Source: an uncultured Anaerolineaceae bacterium | Lineage (GTDB): Bacteria > Chloroflexota > Limnocylindria > Limnocylindrales > CSP1-4 | NCBI GenBank assembly: GCA_964629105.1 | Contig: CAZVPS010000002.1 | Coordinates: forward strand, 1 to 38,881 | Direction of reading: 5' to 3' | Length of the DNA: 38,881 nt | In this document: in pieces, positions 1-9,259 of the stretch | How the letters are laid out: each line of letters opens with the position of its first letter | How positions within the stretch are numbered: the stretch's first letter is position 1 | Position numbers and translations under genes: made by a program | The notes under the pieces: generated by a model | Seen by the model: the letters and a program-made list of their open reading frames with translations, nothing else | What the model was told of the DNA's origin: nothing | The model's database searches: none

Positions 1-1118
1 CGAAGCATAGCCGAGGACCCGCCACAGGTCAAGTTATATCGTGACGGGTCCTTAGCCTTGGTCAACATTGTGGGCGTCTTCGAGTCCGAACGAAGACCCT
101 TGATCTCGTTGACCATCTCTTCGACCTGCGTCACCATCGAGGTCATCGCCTGGACCTGCTTGTCGCCCTTCTCGGCGAGATCGACCATAGCGTCGAGCTG
201 ATCGCGCGCCGCCTCGGCCTGCAGGTCGGTCAACTTCTTGATGCGGCCGCCGACGCTGTCGATGGCCCTGACCTCTGGGTTGCCAAGCCGGACGTACTCC
301 TCGCTCCGAAGGTGCGGCAGATCCACCTTCCCGGACATCTGCTCCATGGCACGGGTGCTTTCTTGATACCGCGCCAGAGTGGAAGCAATCCCCGACGTGT
401 CACTGAGCGCAGCCAGGGTCTTCTTCATCGAGTCGATGCCCGCCATGGGCTGAGACATCGCCCCGATCTTCTTGGCCGCATCTATTGCATCCTGAACCGC
501 GGAGCCTGGGCCGAAGTTGCGGAGGACGTCTGCCTGATTGGCGGATATCACCTTCATGGCGTCCTGAATTGCCGAACCTCGCGGCAGACCGAGATCGTTG
601 ATCCGCCTGGCCGTTTCGGCGAATGCCGCGAACCTGCGTTTGGCCTGCTCACGGATGGCAGCTCGGAAGGAAGCAAACGTCAACGGGTCGGGGATGGCCT
701 CTTCTTCGCTGATCCGTTTCCGCCCATCCACCTTGTAGTGGATGGGCGGAAACGAGAGCGTCGCGCGTGCGCCCGCCAGGAGCTGATCATCGGTCCAGGC
801 GGCGACCTCATCCCTACCGAGCTCTGGCTCGCTCACGATCTGGCGTGCGATGACGTTGACCACGAAGTCCCGGTCTGAGAGCTCGGAATTCTCCGCTTCG
901 CGGAGCATGTCTGTCTGCTCGCCGAAGGATCTCTCGCGGACAGACCAATCAGTCCCTAGGATCGGCTGTCTGCGGACCAGCCTGGATGCCGGAAAGCCCG
1001 ACCTCGGCTCTGGCTCAGGCTCCGGCTCGGTCCCTGCTGCTAGTTCTTCCTCCGGTACCGGTGTCTGGTCGGGCTCGCTAGGAGTTTCGGGGTCGGGCTC
1101 GCTGCGCTCATCAGTCAC
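1..1118 (-). CDS. hypothetical protein, partial (no stop inside the window); acidic Pro/Glu-rich N-terminus followed by a long helical region
   Basis: The reverse frame is open from GTG at 1118 to base 1. It is missing from the ORF track only because it has no in-window stop. The translation VTDERSEPDPETPSEPDQTPVPEEELAAGTEPEPEPEPR...RIKKLTDLQAEAARDQLDAMVDLAEKGDKQVQAMTSMVTQVEEMVNEIKGL... is protein-like with high GC3. The + strand ORFs 312..878 and 850..1377 over it look like antisense artefacts. No family recognised. Confidence 0.6.
   Translation of the reverse strand, partial: MTDERSEPDPETPSEPDQTPVPEEELAAGTEPEPEPEPRSGFPASRLVRRQPILGTDWSVRERSFGEQTDMLREAENSELSDRDFVVNVIARQIVSEPELGRDEVAAWTDDQLLAGARATLSFPPIHYKVDGRKRISEEEAIPDPLTFASFRAAIREQAKRRFAAFAETARRINDLGLPRGSAIQDAMKVISANQADVLRNFGPGSAVQDAIDAAKKIGAMSQPMAGIDSMKKTLAALSDTSGIASTLARYQESTRAMEQMSGKVDLPHLRSEEYVRLGNPEVRAIDSVGGRIKKLTDLQAEAARDQLDAMVDLAEKGDKQVQAMTSMVTQVEEMVNEIKGLRSDSKTPTMLTKAKDPSRYNLTCGGSSAML
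30..55. repeat. left arm of a 26-nt imperfect inverted repeat shared with the right end of the window
   Basis: CAAGTTATATCGTGACGGGTCCTTAG is the reverse complement of 38824..38849 at 22 of 26 positions. This includes a perfect AT-rich 12-mer (TTATATCGTGAC / GTCACGATATAA). It lies inside the 3' part of the 1..1118 ORF. Confidence 0.7.
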
Positions 1119-1127
1119 GGTGTTATC

Positions 1128-1368
1128 TCACCCTTTCGGGCCAGGATCAGCCGAGCGCTGCACGAACGGCCCGAGTGCTGCGGAGACGTTCCAGATCCAG
1201 TCGTCGGCACCGTCAGTGAAAGGGAGTTCAGGGTCGGGCAACAGCCGAAGGTCAGGCACGCCGACACGCCTTCTCGGCGATGATGCTGACGCCCCGGTCG
1301 CTCACGCGACCATTGTCCCGCGGATCGGCGGTTGGCGAGAGGTTGGCACGCCGAGATTGTTCGAACAC
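1128..1368 (-). pseudogene. small hypothetical ORF that appears split by a 1-nt frameshift near 1255
   Basis: One reverse frame (GTG 1368 to TGA 1252) reads VFEQSRRANLSPTADPRDNGRVSDRGVSIIAEKA... A second frame (GTG 1259 to TGA 1128) continues VPDLRLLPDPELPFTDGADDWIWNVSAALGPFVQRSADPGPKG. It stops 9 nt before the GTG of the next gene. No family recognised. Confidence 0.3.
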
Positions 1369-1542
1369 AGCCCGTGACAGGCTAGATGTCGCGCTCCGAG
1401 GACAGCATCATCGGGGGCCCATCTGGGCCATGGACAGGAGACGCCGCGATGAGCACCGAGCGCTACGAGGGCTGCCTGGATCCCCGGCCTCGACCACGAC
1501 ATTGACCGAGACGAGAGCCTCGCCATCGGCTTCCGGTGGCTG

Positions 1543-2125
1543 GTGGCGGCCGAGCGGAAGCACGGAGGCCGCGGGGTCATCGTCATGTACGCCAAGCAGA
1601 TGATGGGCAACGCGCCGCTGTTGGCGCGGGCGGCCGAGCGGTGGGCCTTCGTCTCTCCGCGGTCGCGCGCACCTCGGGATCGAGGGCCCGTCCTCGCGGT
1701 CTGGCCGCCTGACGACCGGACCCTCGAACTCGCGGAGCGCCCTCGACTCGGCCATCTGCGTGATTCCGGGGATCCGATACGACATTTCGGCGTGGATCCG
1801 CCGTGCGGGCGCTCGCTGTCTCGTCGAGGGCTTCGCGTCGATAGAGGCCCCGACACTCCCAGAGGAGATCACGAAGAGCCTCGACAGCATGCTCTTCTTA
1901 GGCGGTCACAACCACTTTCTCGGCGGCGGCGAGAAGGAGGATGCCATCCGGCGGCTCCGCCAGATCGCGCGGCGTCGTGATCGACCGACTCGCGAGGCGA
2001 TCGAGGAGTACCTCTTGGCGAGCAGCAAGACTGATGGCGACGGCGCTCGGCGGGCTGGGAGGTGGTACGCGGAGATCCTCGAAGGCAAGCGCCACCGCGA
2101 CTACGCAGGCCGCATCATCGGCTGA
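1543..2125 (+). pseudogene. hypothetical protein split by a 1-nt frameshift at the CCC run 1740..1742
   Basis: ORF 1543..1980 is protein-like only up to ...GPVLAVWPPDDRTLELAER. ORF 1760..2125, and its open frame just upstream, is protein-like from ...ALDSAICVIPGIRYDISAWIRRAGARCLVEG... to the stop. Removing one C at 1740..1742 joins them into one roughly 193-aa product. No family recognised. Confidence 0.45.
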
Positions 2126-2441
2126 CCGTATGCGATCGCGCAGGCCGGGCGGCGCATTGGCGGCTGGCAGGCGCGCGAGCAGCGACAAACCCCTGCGCTA
2201 CGCCTCCGCCTCGACGGGGCCGGTCGCGATGACCCACCCGCGGCGGGCATCCTGCTGGAGACCATCGCCCTGGCCGAGGCGGACGCCCCGCGGGCGCGGC
2301 AGCCGCGACCGGCGGCCGTCCGCGGCGCAAGCCGTGAGATGGCTGCGGGTAAGGAGCACCATGTCCGCGTCGTGTCGGCGCGTCCGAGCCGGCCAACAGG
2401 CACTATCCTCGGACCGTGAGGATCGCTGACCTGCCGCTCGC

Positions 2442-5189
2442 ATGACACCCGGCGAGTTCGCCGCCAAGTGGCGCGGCGTCGAGACGTCCGAACGCGCGTC
2501 CGCCCAGTCCCATTTCCTCGACCTTTGCGCGATGCTCGGCGAGCCTGGACCCACCGAGGCCGACCCGACCGGGACCTGGTATGCGTTCGAGAAGGGGGCT
2601 GAGAAGCTCGACGGGCGCGATGGCTTCGCCGACGTCTGGAAGAAGGGTCACTTCGCCTGGGAGTACAAGGGCAAGCGCAAGGACCTCAAAGCCGCGTATC
2701 TCCAGCTCAATCAGTACAAGGACGCGCTCGAGAACCCCCCGCTCCTCGTCGTATCGGACCTCGAGCGGATCGAGGTTCGGACGAACTTCACGAACTTGAG
2801 CCCGAAGCTCTACGCCGTCACCCTCGACGATCTCGCGGCGCCCGACCCGTCGGAGGCGCTTCGGATCCTCCGCGCCGTCTTCAGCGACCCCGAGGCGCTC
2901 CGGCCCCACGTCACCCCGGCCCAGCTGACCGAGCACACGGCCGGGAAGTTCGCCGAGCTCGCGGGCGCGCTCCGTGCCCGCGACCACGACCCAGAGCGGG
3001 TCGCCCACTTCCTCGACAAGCTCCTGTTCTGCCTGTACGCCGAGGACACGGGGCTCCTCCCGAAGGGGCTCCTCGGCCGCCTGGCCGACACGACCCGCTC
3101 CCGGCCGACCGACTTCGCGACAGCGCTCGGCGACCTCTTCGCGAAGATGTCCAACGGCGGGATGTTCGGCGCCGATCGGATCGCCTGGTTCAACGGCGGC
3201 CTGTTCGACTTGGCGGACGTTCTCACCCTCACCGCCCCCGAGATCGGTCTCCTCCTCGAGGTCGGGCGGCTCGACTGGAGCCTGATCGAGCCCGCGATCT
3301 TCGGGACGCTCTTCGAGCGTGGGCTCGACCCCTCCCAGCGAGCCCAACTCGGCGCCCACTACACGAGCCGCGACGACATCTGGCGGCTCGTCGAGCCGGT
3401 CGTCATGCGACCGCTGCGTCGGGAGTACGAAGCGATGCAGGCGCGGGTGACCGAGCTGACGATGCGCCGCGACGCGGGCGGACGAAAGGGCCCTGACCCC
3501 GAAGCCCGCCGGGCCTTCGAGGCGTACCTCGCGCGGCTCCGCGCCGTCCGCGTCCTCGACCCCGCCTGCGGCTCGGGCAACTTCCTGTACATCGCCCTGC
3601 AGGCGCTCAAAGACCTCGAACTCGAGGCGATCGGCTGGGGTTCGCTCGTCCTGCGGCTACCCCAAGAGTTCCCCCAGGTCGGTCCCGAAGCGGTCATGGG
3701 AATCGAGATCAACCCCTATGCCGCCGAGCTGGCCCGGGTGACGATCTGGATCGGGGAGATCCAATGGATGTTGGGCCATGGCTTCCACTATCGTTCGAAT
3801 CCGATCCTGAGCCCGCTCGACACCATCGCGACCCGCGACGCGCTCCTCGATCTCTCCGACCCGACGAACCCGCGCGAGGCCGAATGGCCGGCGGCGGAGT
3901 TCATCGTCGGCAACCCGCCGTTCCTGGGTAATCGGCTCCTCCGCCGCAATCTCGGGAGCGAGTACGCTGAATCGCTCTTCCGGATCTTCCGTGACCGCCT
4001 CCCAAACGCCTCCGATTTCGTGTGCTATTGGCATGAGAAGGCTCGAGCCCTGATCGCGGAGGGCCGGGCCCGGCGCGCAGGTTTACTAGCGACGCAGGGC
4101 ATTCGCGGCGGAGCAAGCCGGCGCACCCTTGAACGCATCAAGGAGACCGGCGACATCTTCTTCGCCTACGCCGACGAGCCGTGGGTGCTGGCAGGCGCCA
4201 ACGTACATCTCAGTTTCGTCGGTCAAGACGACGGCGCCGAGCGGGAGCGCACTCTCAACGGGGCCCCCGTGGTGGCGATCAACGCCAACCTCACTGCTGG
4301 CCTTGACCTCACGATGGCGCGCCCCCTCCGCGAGAACCTGGGCATCGCCTTCTACGGCGATGTGCAGGGCGGGCCGTTCGACGTTCCCGAATCAGTCGCG
4401 GCCGACCTCCTGAGCAAGCCGAACCCGGACGGACGAGATAACCGAGACGTGGTCCGGCCGTCGGTCAACGGCCTCGACATCACACGTCGTCCTCGCCGCA
4501 TGTGGGTGGTCGATTTCGGCGTTGGCCGTCCTGCCGAGGATGCCGCGCTCTACGAGGCCCCGTTCGAGTACGTCCGACGGACCGTGAAGCCGTTCCGGGG
4601 CCATGTGCGTCGCGCAGCCTATCGGGAGCGCTGGTGGTTGCACGCTGAGCCCGTAGTCGGAATGCGTCGTGCAATCGCTGGCCTCGCGCGCTTCGTGGTG
4701 ACGCCCATGACCGCCAAGCACCGTCTGTTCGTGTGGGTGGCCGCTGGGACGTTGCCCGATCAGGCGGTGGTCATATTCGCTCGCGACGACGACTACTCCT
4801 TCGGACTGCTGCAATCTCGCATTCATTGCGCTTGGGCGCTCGCGCTCGGCACTCAGCTCGAGACCCGCCCGCGTTACACACTGTCGACTTGCTTCGAGAC
4901 CTTCCCGATCCCGCGCCCGACTTACGAGCAGCGCGAGGTGATCGCCGCCGCCGCCCGTCGGCTCGTCGAGCTCCGCGATGGCTGGCTGAACCCGCCGGGT
5001 TTGACCGACGAAGAGCTCGCGAAGCGGACGCTCACGAACCTCTACAACCAGCGTCCAGCCTGGCTCGCCAACGCCCACGCGTCGCTCGATGTCGCCGTCC
5101 TCACCGCCTATGGCTGGCCGTCCGACCTCCCCGACGAAGAGGTCCTCGCCCGACTCCTCGACCTCAACCTTAAGCGAGAGAGAACCTGA
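2442..5189 (+). CDS. MmeI-family single-polypeptide type IIG/IIL restriction-modification enzyme (N-terminal nuclease + N6-adenine methyltransferase + specificity region)
   Basis: 915 aa, MmeI-like in length. The N-terminus has D64-x9-E74-x-K76 (DVWKKGHFAWEYK), the same spacing as the MmeI catalytic D-x9-E-x-K motif. SAM motif I is VLDPACGSGNFL and catalytic motif IV is FIVGNPPFLG. The C-terminal FGLLQSRIHCAWALALGTQLETRPRYTLSTCFETFPIP block is typical of the family. Confidence 0.85.
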   Translation: MTPGEFAAKWRGVETSERASAQSHFLDLCAMLGEPGPTEADPTGTWYAFEKGAEKLDGRDGFADVWKKGHFAWEYKGKRKDLKAAYLQLNQYKDALENPPLLVVSDLERIEVRTNFTNLSPKLYAVTLDDLAAPDPSEALRILRAVFSDPEALRPHVTPAQLTEHTAGKFAELAGALRARDHDPERVAHFLDKLLFCLYAEDTGLLPKGLLGRLADTTRSRPTDFATALGDLFAKMSNGGMFGADRIAWFNGGLFDLADVLTLTAPEIGLLLEVGRLDWSLIEPAIFGTLFERGLDPSQRAQLGAHYTSRDDIWRLVEPVVMRPLRREYEAMQARVTELTMRRDAGGRKGPDPEARRAFEAYLARLRAVRVLDPACGSGNFLYIALQALKDLELEAIGWGSLVLRLPQEFPQVGPEAVMGIEINPYAAELARVTIWIGEIQWMLGHGFHYRSNPILSPLDTIATRDALLDLSDPTNPREAEWPAAEFIVGNPPFLGNRLLRRNLGSEYAESLFRIFRDRLPNASDFVCYWHEKARALIAEGRARRAGLLATQGIRGGASRRTLERIKETGDIFFAYADEPWVLAGANVHLSFVGQDDGAERERTLNGAPVVAINANLTAGLDLTMARPLRENLGIAFYGDVQGGPFDVPESVAADLLSKPNPDGRDNRDVVRPSVNGLDITRRPRRMWVVDFGVGRPAEDAALYEAPFEYVRRTVKPFRGHVRRAAYRERWWLHAEPVVGMRRAIAGLARFVVTPMTAKHRLFVWVAAGTLPDQAVVIFARDDDYSFGLLQSRIHCAWALALGTQLETRPRYTLSTCFETFPIPRPTYEQREVIAAAARRLVELRDGWLNPPGLTDEELAKRTLTNLYNQRPAWLANAHASLDVAVLTAYGWPSDLPDEEVLARLLDLNLKRERT

Positions 5190-5789
5190 GAGCCGACAAG
5201 GCGGCCAATCGGCGCGAAAGGCGAATGTGCGGGTTGAGGGAGAGAGATGCGCCGCTCCGGCTGGGCGGCGCCCCGTCTCGGGGCCGGCCACACCATGCAG
5301 ATTGTGTGGGGATAGTCGGGGCGAGATGACTAGCGTCGAGACCTATGCGGGTATGTGCGCTGCCGGCCGCTCGGGGTCGCCCTAGTGCACGCCCGGCGGT
5401 CTGAGTCCGGCGACTCAGCAAGCAAGAACCTTCGGAGCAGCATACGTTCAAGGCTGGCACGCGTAGGATCATCCCGTCCCTGAAATGTTCACGTGGGAAT
5501 GACATGAGGGCGCTGAGGGCCGGCGTCAGGGGATGGTGCATGTGACGAAAGGTTCGCACAGGATCGCGACACCCAAGCACTCTGCAACCGAGCGCGCAGT
5601 TTGGATCGGCGGTGATACGGCGTCTGCATCCGTCGGGGCTCACACTCCTCGGCCTGATCCTTGGACCGCCTGGGATCGTGCTCGGCGCAGCGGCCACCGC
5701 CCTCCTCGGGGAGACGATCAAGTCTGCCTTGGACAAGGCGGCCAGCAAGCGAGCGGAGACGGTCTTCACGCTTGCGAGGGAGCGCATTC

Positions 5790-5928
5790 TCGTCGACAGC
5801 AACCCGTGCTCCCGGATCGAGGGCCACGCGTCGACCTCGGCCACGTGATAGACGAACGGCACGCGGGCGGCGAGCTCGCTAGGGTTCACGGTGGCCAGTC
5901 TATGGGTAGCCGCCGCGGACGCGGCCAA
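5790..5928 (-). pseudogene. possible N-terminal fragment of a DarT/DUF4433-like or related protein
   Basis: The reverse frame reads ...VNPSELAARVPFVYHVAEVDAWPSIREHGLLS. From memory this resembles the N-terminal YH.T....L.SI...GLLS signature of those families. Protein-like character and GC3 decay after about 45 codons of ORF 5170..5928. Weak call. Confidence 0.2.
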
Positions 5929-5959
5929 CGAGGCCGTCCATCGCTAGCGTGGCGGCCGT

Positions 5960-6422
5960 ATGCTCGAGGCAGCCATGATGAAGTCCGGGGACGCTTCGGC
6001 GGGTACGGCGGAGGTCGCGTGCCCGCGCTGTGGGAATGACAACCCCACTTGGCCCCACCGTGATCACAAGCCCCGAAAGTGGGGCCAGTTCAGGTTGCCA
6101 TACCCAGCGCTGCGGAGCAGCGATGGTCCGTCGCCGGCGCCGGAGCGACGGGGGCGCCTTCTGGGGCTGTTCCACCTACCCGCGCTGTCGCGGCATCTGC
6201 GACGTCGAGAGCGCTCGGCCCAACGCGGTGGTCGGCGAGGCCCCGCCCGTGCTCGCCGCGGCAGCCCGGGCCGGTGGGTCGGCTCGCGCCGAGCTCGACC
6301 GGCGAACGGTGCGCCAGGGGGCGCGCGTGCGGCGTCGAGGGCCATGGATCGTGCCTCGGCGACGCCCGCGGCCCGTGTTCGGGGGTAGCGCACTGACGTT
6401 GACATACCTCATAATGTTATGA
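5960..6422 (+). pseudogene. frameshifted remnant carrying a topoisomerase-type C4 zinc ribbon (NERD/helicase-associated type)
   Basis: The frame of 6030..6422 reads ...GCHTQRCGAAMVRRRRRSDGGAFWGCSTYPRCRGI (C-x2-C ... C-x5-C). A CPRCG half-motif lies upstream in another frame (5960..). Downstream, ...AGGSARAELDRR resembles the start of NERD-domain proteins. There is no intact long ORF. Confidence 0.35.
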
Positions 6423-6424
6423 GG
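6407..6424. promoter_or_regulatory. perfect 8+8 palindrome CCTCATAA-TG-TTATGAGG next to a TTGACA hexamer, upstream of the ABC transporter operon (candidate operator)
   Basis: An AT-rich 18-bp palindrome in GC-rich DNA, 53 nt upstream of the ATG at 6477. TTGACA lies at 6399..6404. The SD GAGGAGGA precedes the start codon. Confidence 0.4.
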
Positions 6425-6476
6425 GTCTGTTTAGGGCACGAACCGGGCGACCCATCGGACTGCCGAGGAGGAACTC

Positions 6477-7682
6477 ATGCACGCAAGGCGAATGATGCAC
6501 CGGCGGAAGTGGCCGGTCCTGGCCGCGGTGGCCCTCGCGGTGGGCATCGCGGGATGCTCTTCAGGGGGTGGCACGACGCCTGCCCCATCCGCGGTTCCGG
6601 CGTCCGAGGCTCCGGCCTCTGTAACGCCCGCGAGTGCGGCTCCGAGCGGCGTAGATGAGGCGAAGTCGATTGTGGCGGCGCTCGAGGCGCCGGCCGAGTT
6701 CACGTTCACGGGACCCGCGCTGGCCGACGTGGGCGTCCTCAAGGGCAAGCGGATCTACGCGATCGGTAACGGACTCGAGTACTTCTTCGTGAAGAACTGG
6801 CTGTCCGGCGTAACGGAAGCAGCCACTCTGCTCGGCATGGAGGTCACGGCGGTTGACGCCGCGAAGAACGATCCGGCCGGCCTCATCGAACAGGGCGTGT
6901 CGCAGGGCTATGACGTGATCCTCATCCAAAGCGTCGATTCCGCGAGCGTCGCGGCCCCGCTCGCAGATGCAAAGGCCGCGGGCATCCCTGTCATCGAGCT
7001 CACCACCAGCGATCCGCAGCTCCCGTCGGCCGAGGCGGCAGCTCGTGGTGTCTATGGCTACGTGACCTTCTGCTATACGTGTGCGGGCAAGCAGATGGCC
7101 GCCTTTGTCGTCGCAGACGGCGGCGATAAGGCGTCGGCGTCGATCTACAACGTGCCTGGCCTCGTCGTCAGCGAGGCCATGGTTCAGGCGTTCAAGGACG
7201 AGATGACGCGGCTGTCCCCCGATGGCACCGTATCGGTCATCGATGCCCCGTTCGCCCAGTGGGGCAACCTGCAGTCCTTGACCGGAGCCGCGATCGAGTC
7301 GAACGCCGGAACGTCGCCGCTCTACCTGGTTCCGGTCTTCGACTCGATGGTCTCCTCGGGAGTCGCCGCCGCGGTCGCCGAGAAGGGCACCCAACTGGCG
7401 AAGATCGTGACGTACAACGGGACGGATGCCGGCCTGTCCGCGGTCGCCGACGGTTCGGTGACCGCGGACCTCGGTGGACCTCAGGTCTGGCTCGGCTGGG
7501 CCACAATCGACCAGGTGGCGCGGGCGCTCACCGGCGCCCCTCCGGTCGAGGATGAGATGCTCCCGGCGCGGATCTTCTGGTCGGGCAACATCGGCGACAT
7601 CGACCTGAATGCAGGTGAGGACACATGGTATGGCGGGGCGGACTTCCGCTCCGGGTACAAGGGGATCTGGGGCGTCCAGTAG
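6477..7682 (+). CDS. sugar ABC transporter substrate-binding lipoprotein (RbsB/Peripla_BP_4-like)
   Basis: Signal peptide with lipobox (LAVGIAGCSS), followed by an Ala/Pro/Ser linker. The body is typical of periplasmic sugar-binding proteins (KRIYAIGNGLEYFF..., GYDVILIQSVDSASV...). It is followed by the matching ATPase and permease. Confidence 0.85.
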   Translation: MHARRMMHRRKWPVLAAVALAVGIAGCSSGGGTTPAPSAVPASEAPASVTPASAAPSGVDEAKSIVAALEAPAEFTFTGPALADVGVLKGKRIYAIGNGLEYFFVKNWLSGVTEAATLLGMEVTAVDAAKNDPAGLIEQGVSQGYDVILIQSVDSASVAAPLADAKAAGIPVIELTTSDPQLPSAEAAARGVYGYVTFCYTCAGKQMAAFVVADGGDKASASIYNVPGLVVSEAMVQAFKDEMTRLSPDGTVSVIDAPFAQWGNLQSLTGAAIESNAGTSPLYLVPVFDSMVSSGVAAAVAEKGTQLAKIVTYNGTDAGLSAVADGSVTADLGGPQVWLGWATIDQVARALTGAPPVEDEMLPARIFWSGNIGDIDLNAGEDTWYGGADFRSGYKGIWGVQ

Positions 7683-7699
7683 ACCCCAGAGTCGACGTC

Positions 7700-9259
7700 A
7701 TGGCTGAAGTCCCGGTCGCCGATGCCCGCGGCTTCAGCAAGACGTTCTCCGGTCGGAGGGTCCTGACCGACGTGGATCTCGCCGTCTCGCACGGCGAGAT
7801 CCACGCTCTTGTCGGGCCGAACGGCTCCGGGAAGTCGACGTTCATCAAGATCCTTGCGGGCTACCACCCGCCCGACCCAGGAGCCACGCTCGCCGTACGA
7901 GGGCATCAGGAGGCCCTTCCGCTCTCCGCGGCGACAGCGAGCCGCCTCGGGCTCAGCTTCGTTCACCAGGATCTTGGGTTGTACGAGGAGGGGACTGTCC
8001 TCGAGAACCTCCTCGTGGGACAGTACCGGACTGGACTCGGGTGGCGGATATCCTGGCGCTCCGAGCGTGCGCGAGCACGCGGCGTGCTCCGGGAGTACGG
8101 GCTCGATGTCGATCCCGACGCCGCGCTTGCAACGCTCACGGACGTGCAGCGTGCACTCCTCGCGATCGCGCGAGCATTGATTCACCTCCCCGCATCGGAG
8201 AGCGCGCTCCTCGTGCTCGACGAGCCGACCGCCCGGCTCCCGCACGACTCCGCAGCCGAGTTCTTCGGACGAGTCCGAGCGATCGCCGGTCGAGGTCACG
8301 CCGTTCTATTCGTCAGTCACCGACTCGATGAGGTCGTGACGCTCGCAGACGGTGTGACGGTCCTTCGCGACGGTCGCGTCGTCGCCCGGCACCGCGCACC
8401 TGACTTCACCGTGCGGGGACTGGTCACGGAGATGCTCGGGTTCGAGATGGAGCAGGTGTATGCCGACCATACGCTCGGGTACGGCGAGGTCGTGGCCACC
8501 GTCAGGGGGCTCTCCGGGGGCGTCGTCCGGCGGTTTCATGCCGACTTCCACCGCGGGGAAGTCCTCGGACTCACCGGCCTCCTCGGGATGGGGCATGACG
8601 CGGTCCCGTACCTCGTCTTCGGAGCGGAGCCGGCGCACTCGGGGAGGATTGAGATCGCAGGAACGACGGTCGACCTAGCATCGATGACCCCGCGCCGAGC
8701 GATGAGCCTCGGGATGGGACTGCTCCCGGGGAACCGTGCCCGTGACAGCGCCGTCGGTGAGGCGACGGCACGCGAGAACTTGACGCTGGCGACCCTCCAG
8801 CGATATGCCGTCGGCGGACGGATGCGCCGAGGCAGGGAGCGCGAGGACGCGCGAGCCCAGATGGCGCGGTTCGAGGTCACCCCGGTCGACCCAGAGGCGA
8901 TCATGGCGACCTTCAGCGGTGGCAACCAGCAGAAGACCCTGCTAGCCAAATGGCTCGCGCGGCGCCCCCGACTGCTGATCCTCGACGAGCCGTGGCACGG
9001 CGTCGATGTCGGCGCGAAGCGTCAGATCATGCGACTACTGACCGAGGCGGCCTCGGAGGGTATGGCGATCGTCATCTCGTCCGTCGAGGCCGCCGACCTC
9101 GCCGAGGTGTGCCACCGGGTGCTCGTGATGCGCCGCGGGGAGGTCGCGACCGAGCTCGCGGGATCGGACCTAACCTCAGCCCGGATCAGCGAACAGGTGC
9201 AGCTCGATCCCGACAGGAGAGCGAGGGGTGGCGCGATGGAGGGACCAGCGTCCCAATGA
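7700..9259 (+). CDS. sugar ABC transporter ATP-binding protein with two ABC domains (RbsA/MglA type)
   Basis: The ATG at 7700 is in frame within ORF 7625..9259. Walker A is GPNGSGKST. The second-domain signature is FSGGNQQK and Walker B is LILDEP. The stop overlaps the permease start (ATGA at 9256..9259). Confidence 0.9.
   Translation: MAEVPVADARGFSKTFSGRRVLTDVDLAVSHGEIHALVGPNGSGKSTFIKILAGYHPPDPGATLAVRGHQEALPLSAATASRLGLSFVHQDLGLYEEGTVLENLLVGQYRTGLGWRISWRSERARARGVLREYGLDVDPDAALATLTDVQRALLAIARALIHLPASESALLVLDEPTARLPHDSAAEFFGRVRAIAGRGHAVLFVSHRLDEVVTLADGVTVLRDGRVVARHRAPDFTVRGLVTEMLGFEMEQVYADHTLGYGEVVATVRGLSGGVVRRFHADFHRGEVLGLTGLLGMGHDAVPYLVFGAEPAHSGRIEIAGTTVDLASMTPRRAMSLGMGLLPGNRARDSAVGEATARENLTLATLQRYAVGGRMRRGREREDARAQMARFEVTPVDPEAIMATFSGGNQQKTLLAKWLARRPRLLILDEPWHGVDVGAKRQIMRLLTEAASEGMAIVISSVEAADLAEVCHRVLVMRRGEVATELAGSDLTSARISEQVQLDPDRRARGGAMEGPASQ

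Noticed and set aside
312-1377. Plus-strand ORFs 312..878 and 850..1377
   Set aside because: The opposite strand carries a continuous, much more protein-like open frame (1..1118). The plus-strand translations are Arg/Ser/Gly-rich and lack any motif.
2198-2360. A minus-strand 54-aa ORF (MVLLTRSHLTACAADGRRSRLPRPRGVRLGQGDGLQQDARRGWVIATGPVEAEA) just upstream of the MmeI-like gene
   Set aside because: It has no SD and no motif, and it is Arg/Gly-rich. The longer track ORF (2198..2554) overlaps the start of the RM gene. I treated it as a non-coding upstream region.
5245-5295. A possible fourth, degenerate copy of the roughly 100-nt structured element just downstream of the MmeI-like gene (CCGCTCCGGC...CGGGGCCGG)
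   Set aside because: Only short GC-rich words match, which is easily explained by composition. I could not make a convincing alignment by hand.
5612-5848. A 78-aa plus-strand ORF with a plausible TM helix (LTLLGLILGPPGIVLGAAATALLG) and high GC3
   Set aside because: It overlaps the opposite-strand DarT-like fragment, has no SD and no recognisable family. It sits in a region of evident gene decay, so I cannot tell it from a chance open frame and did not annotate it.
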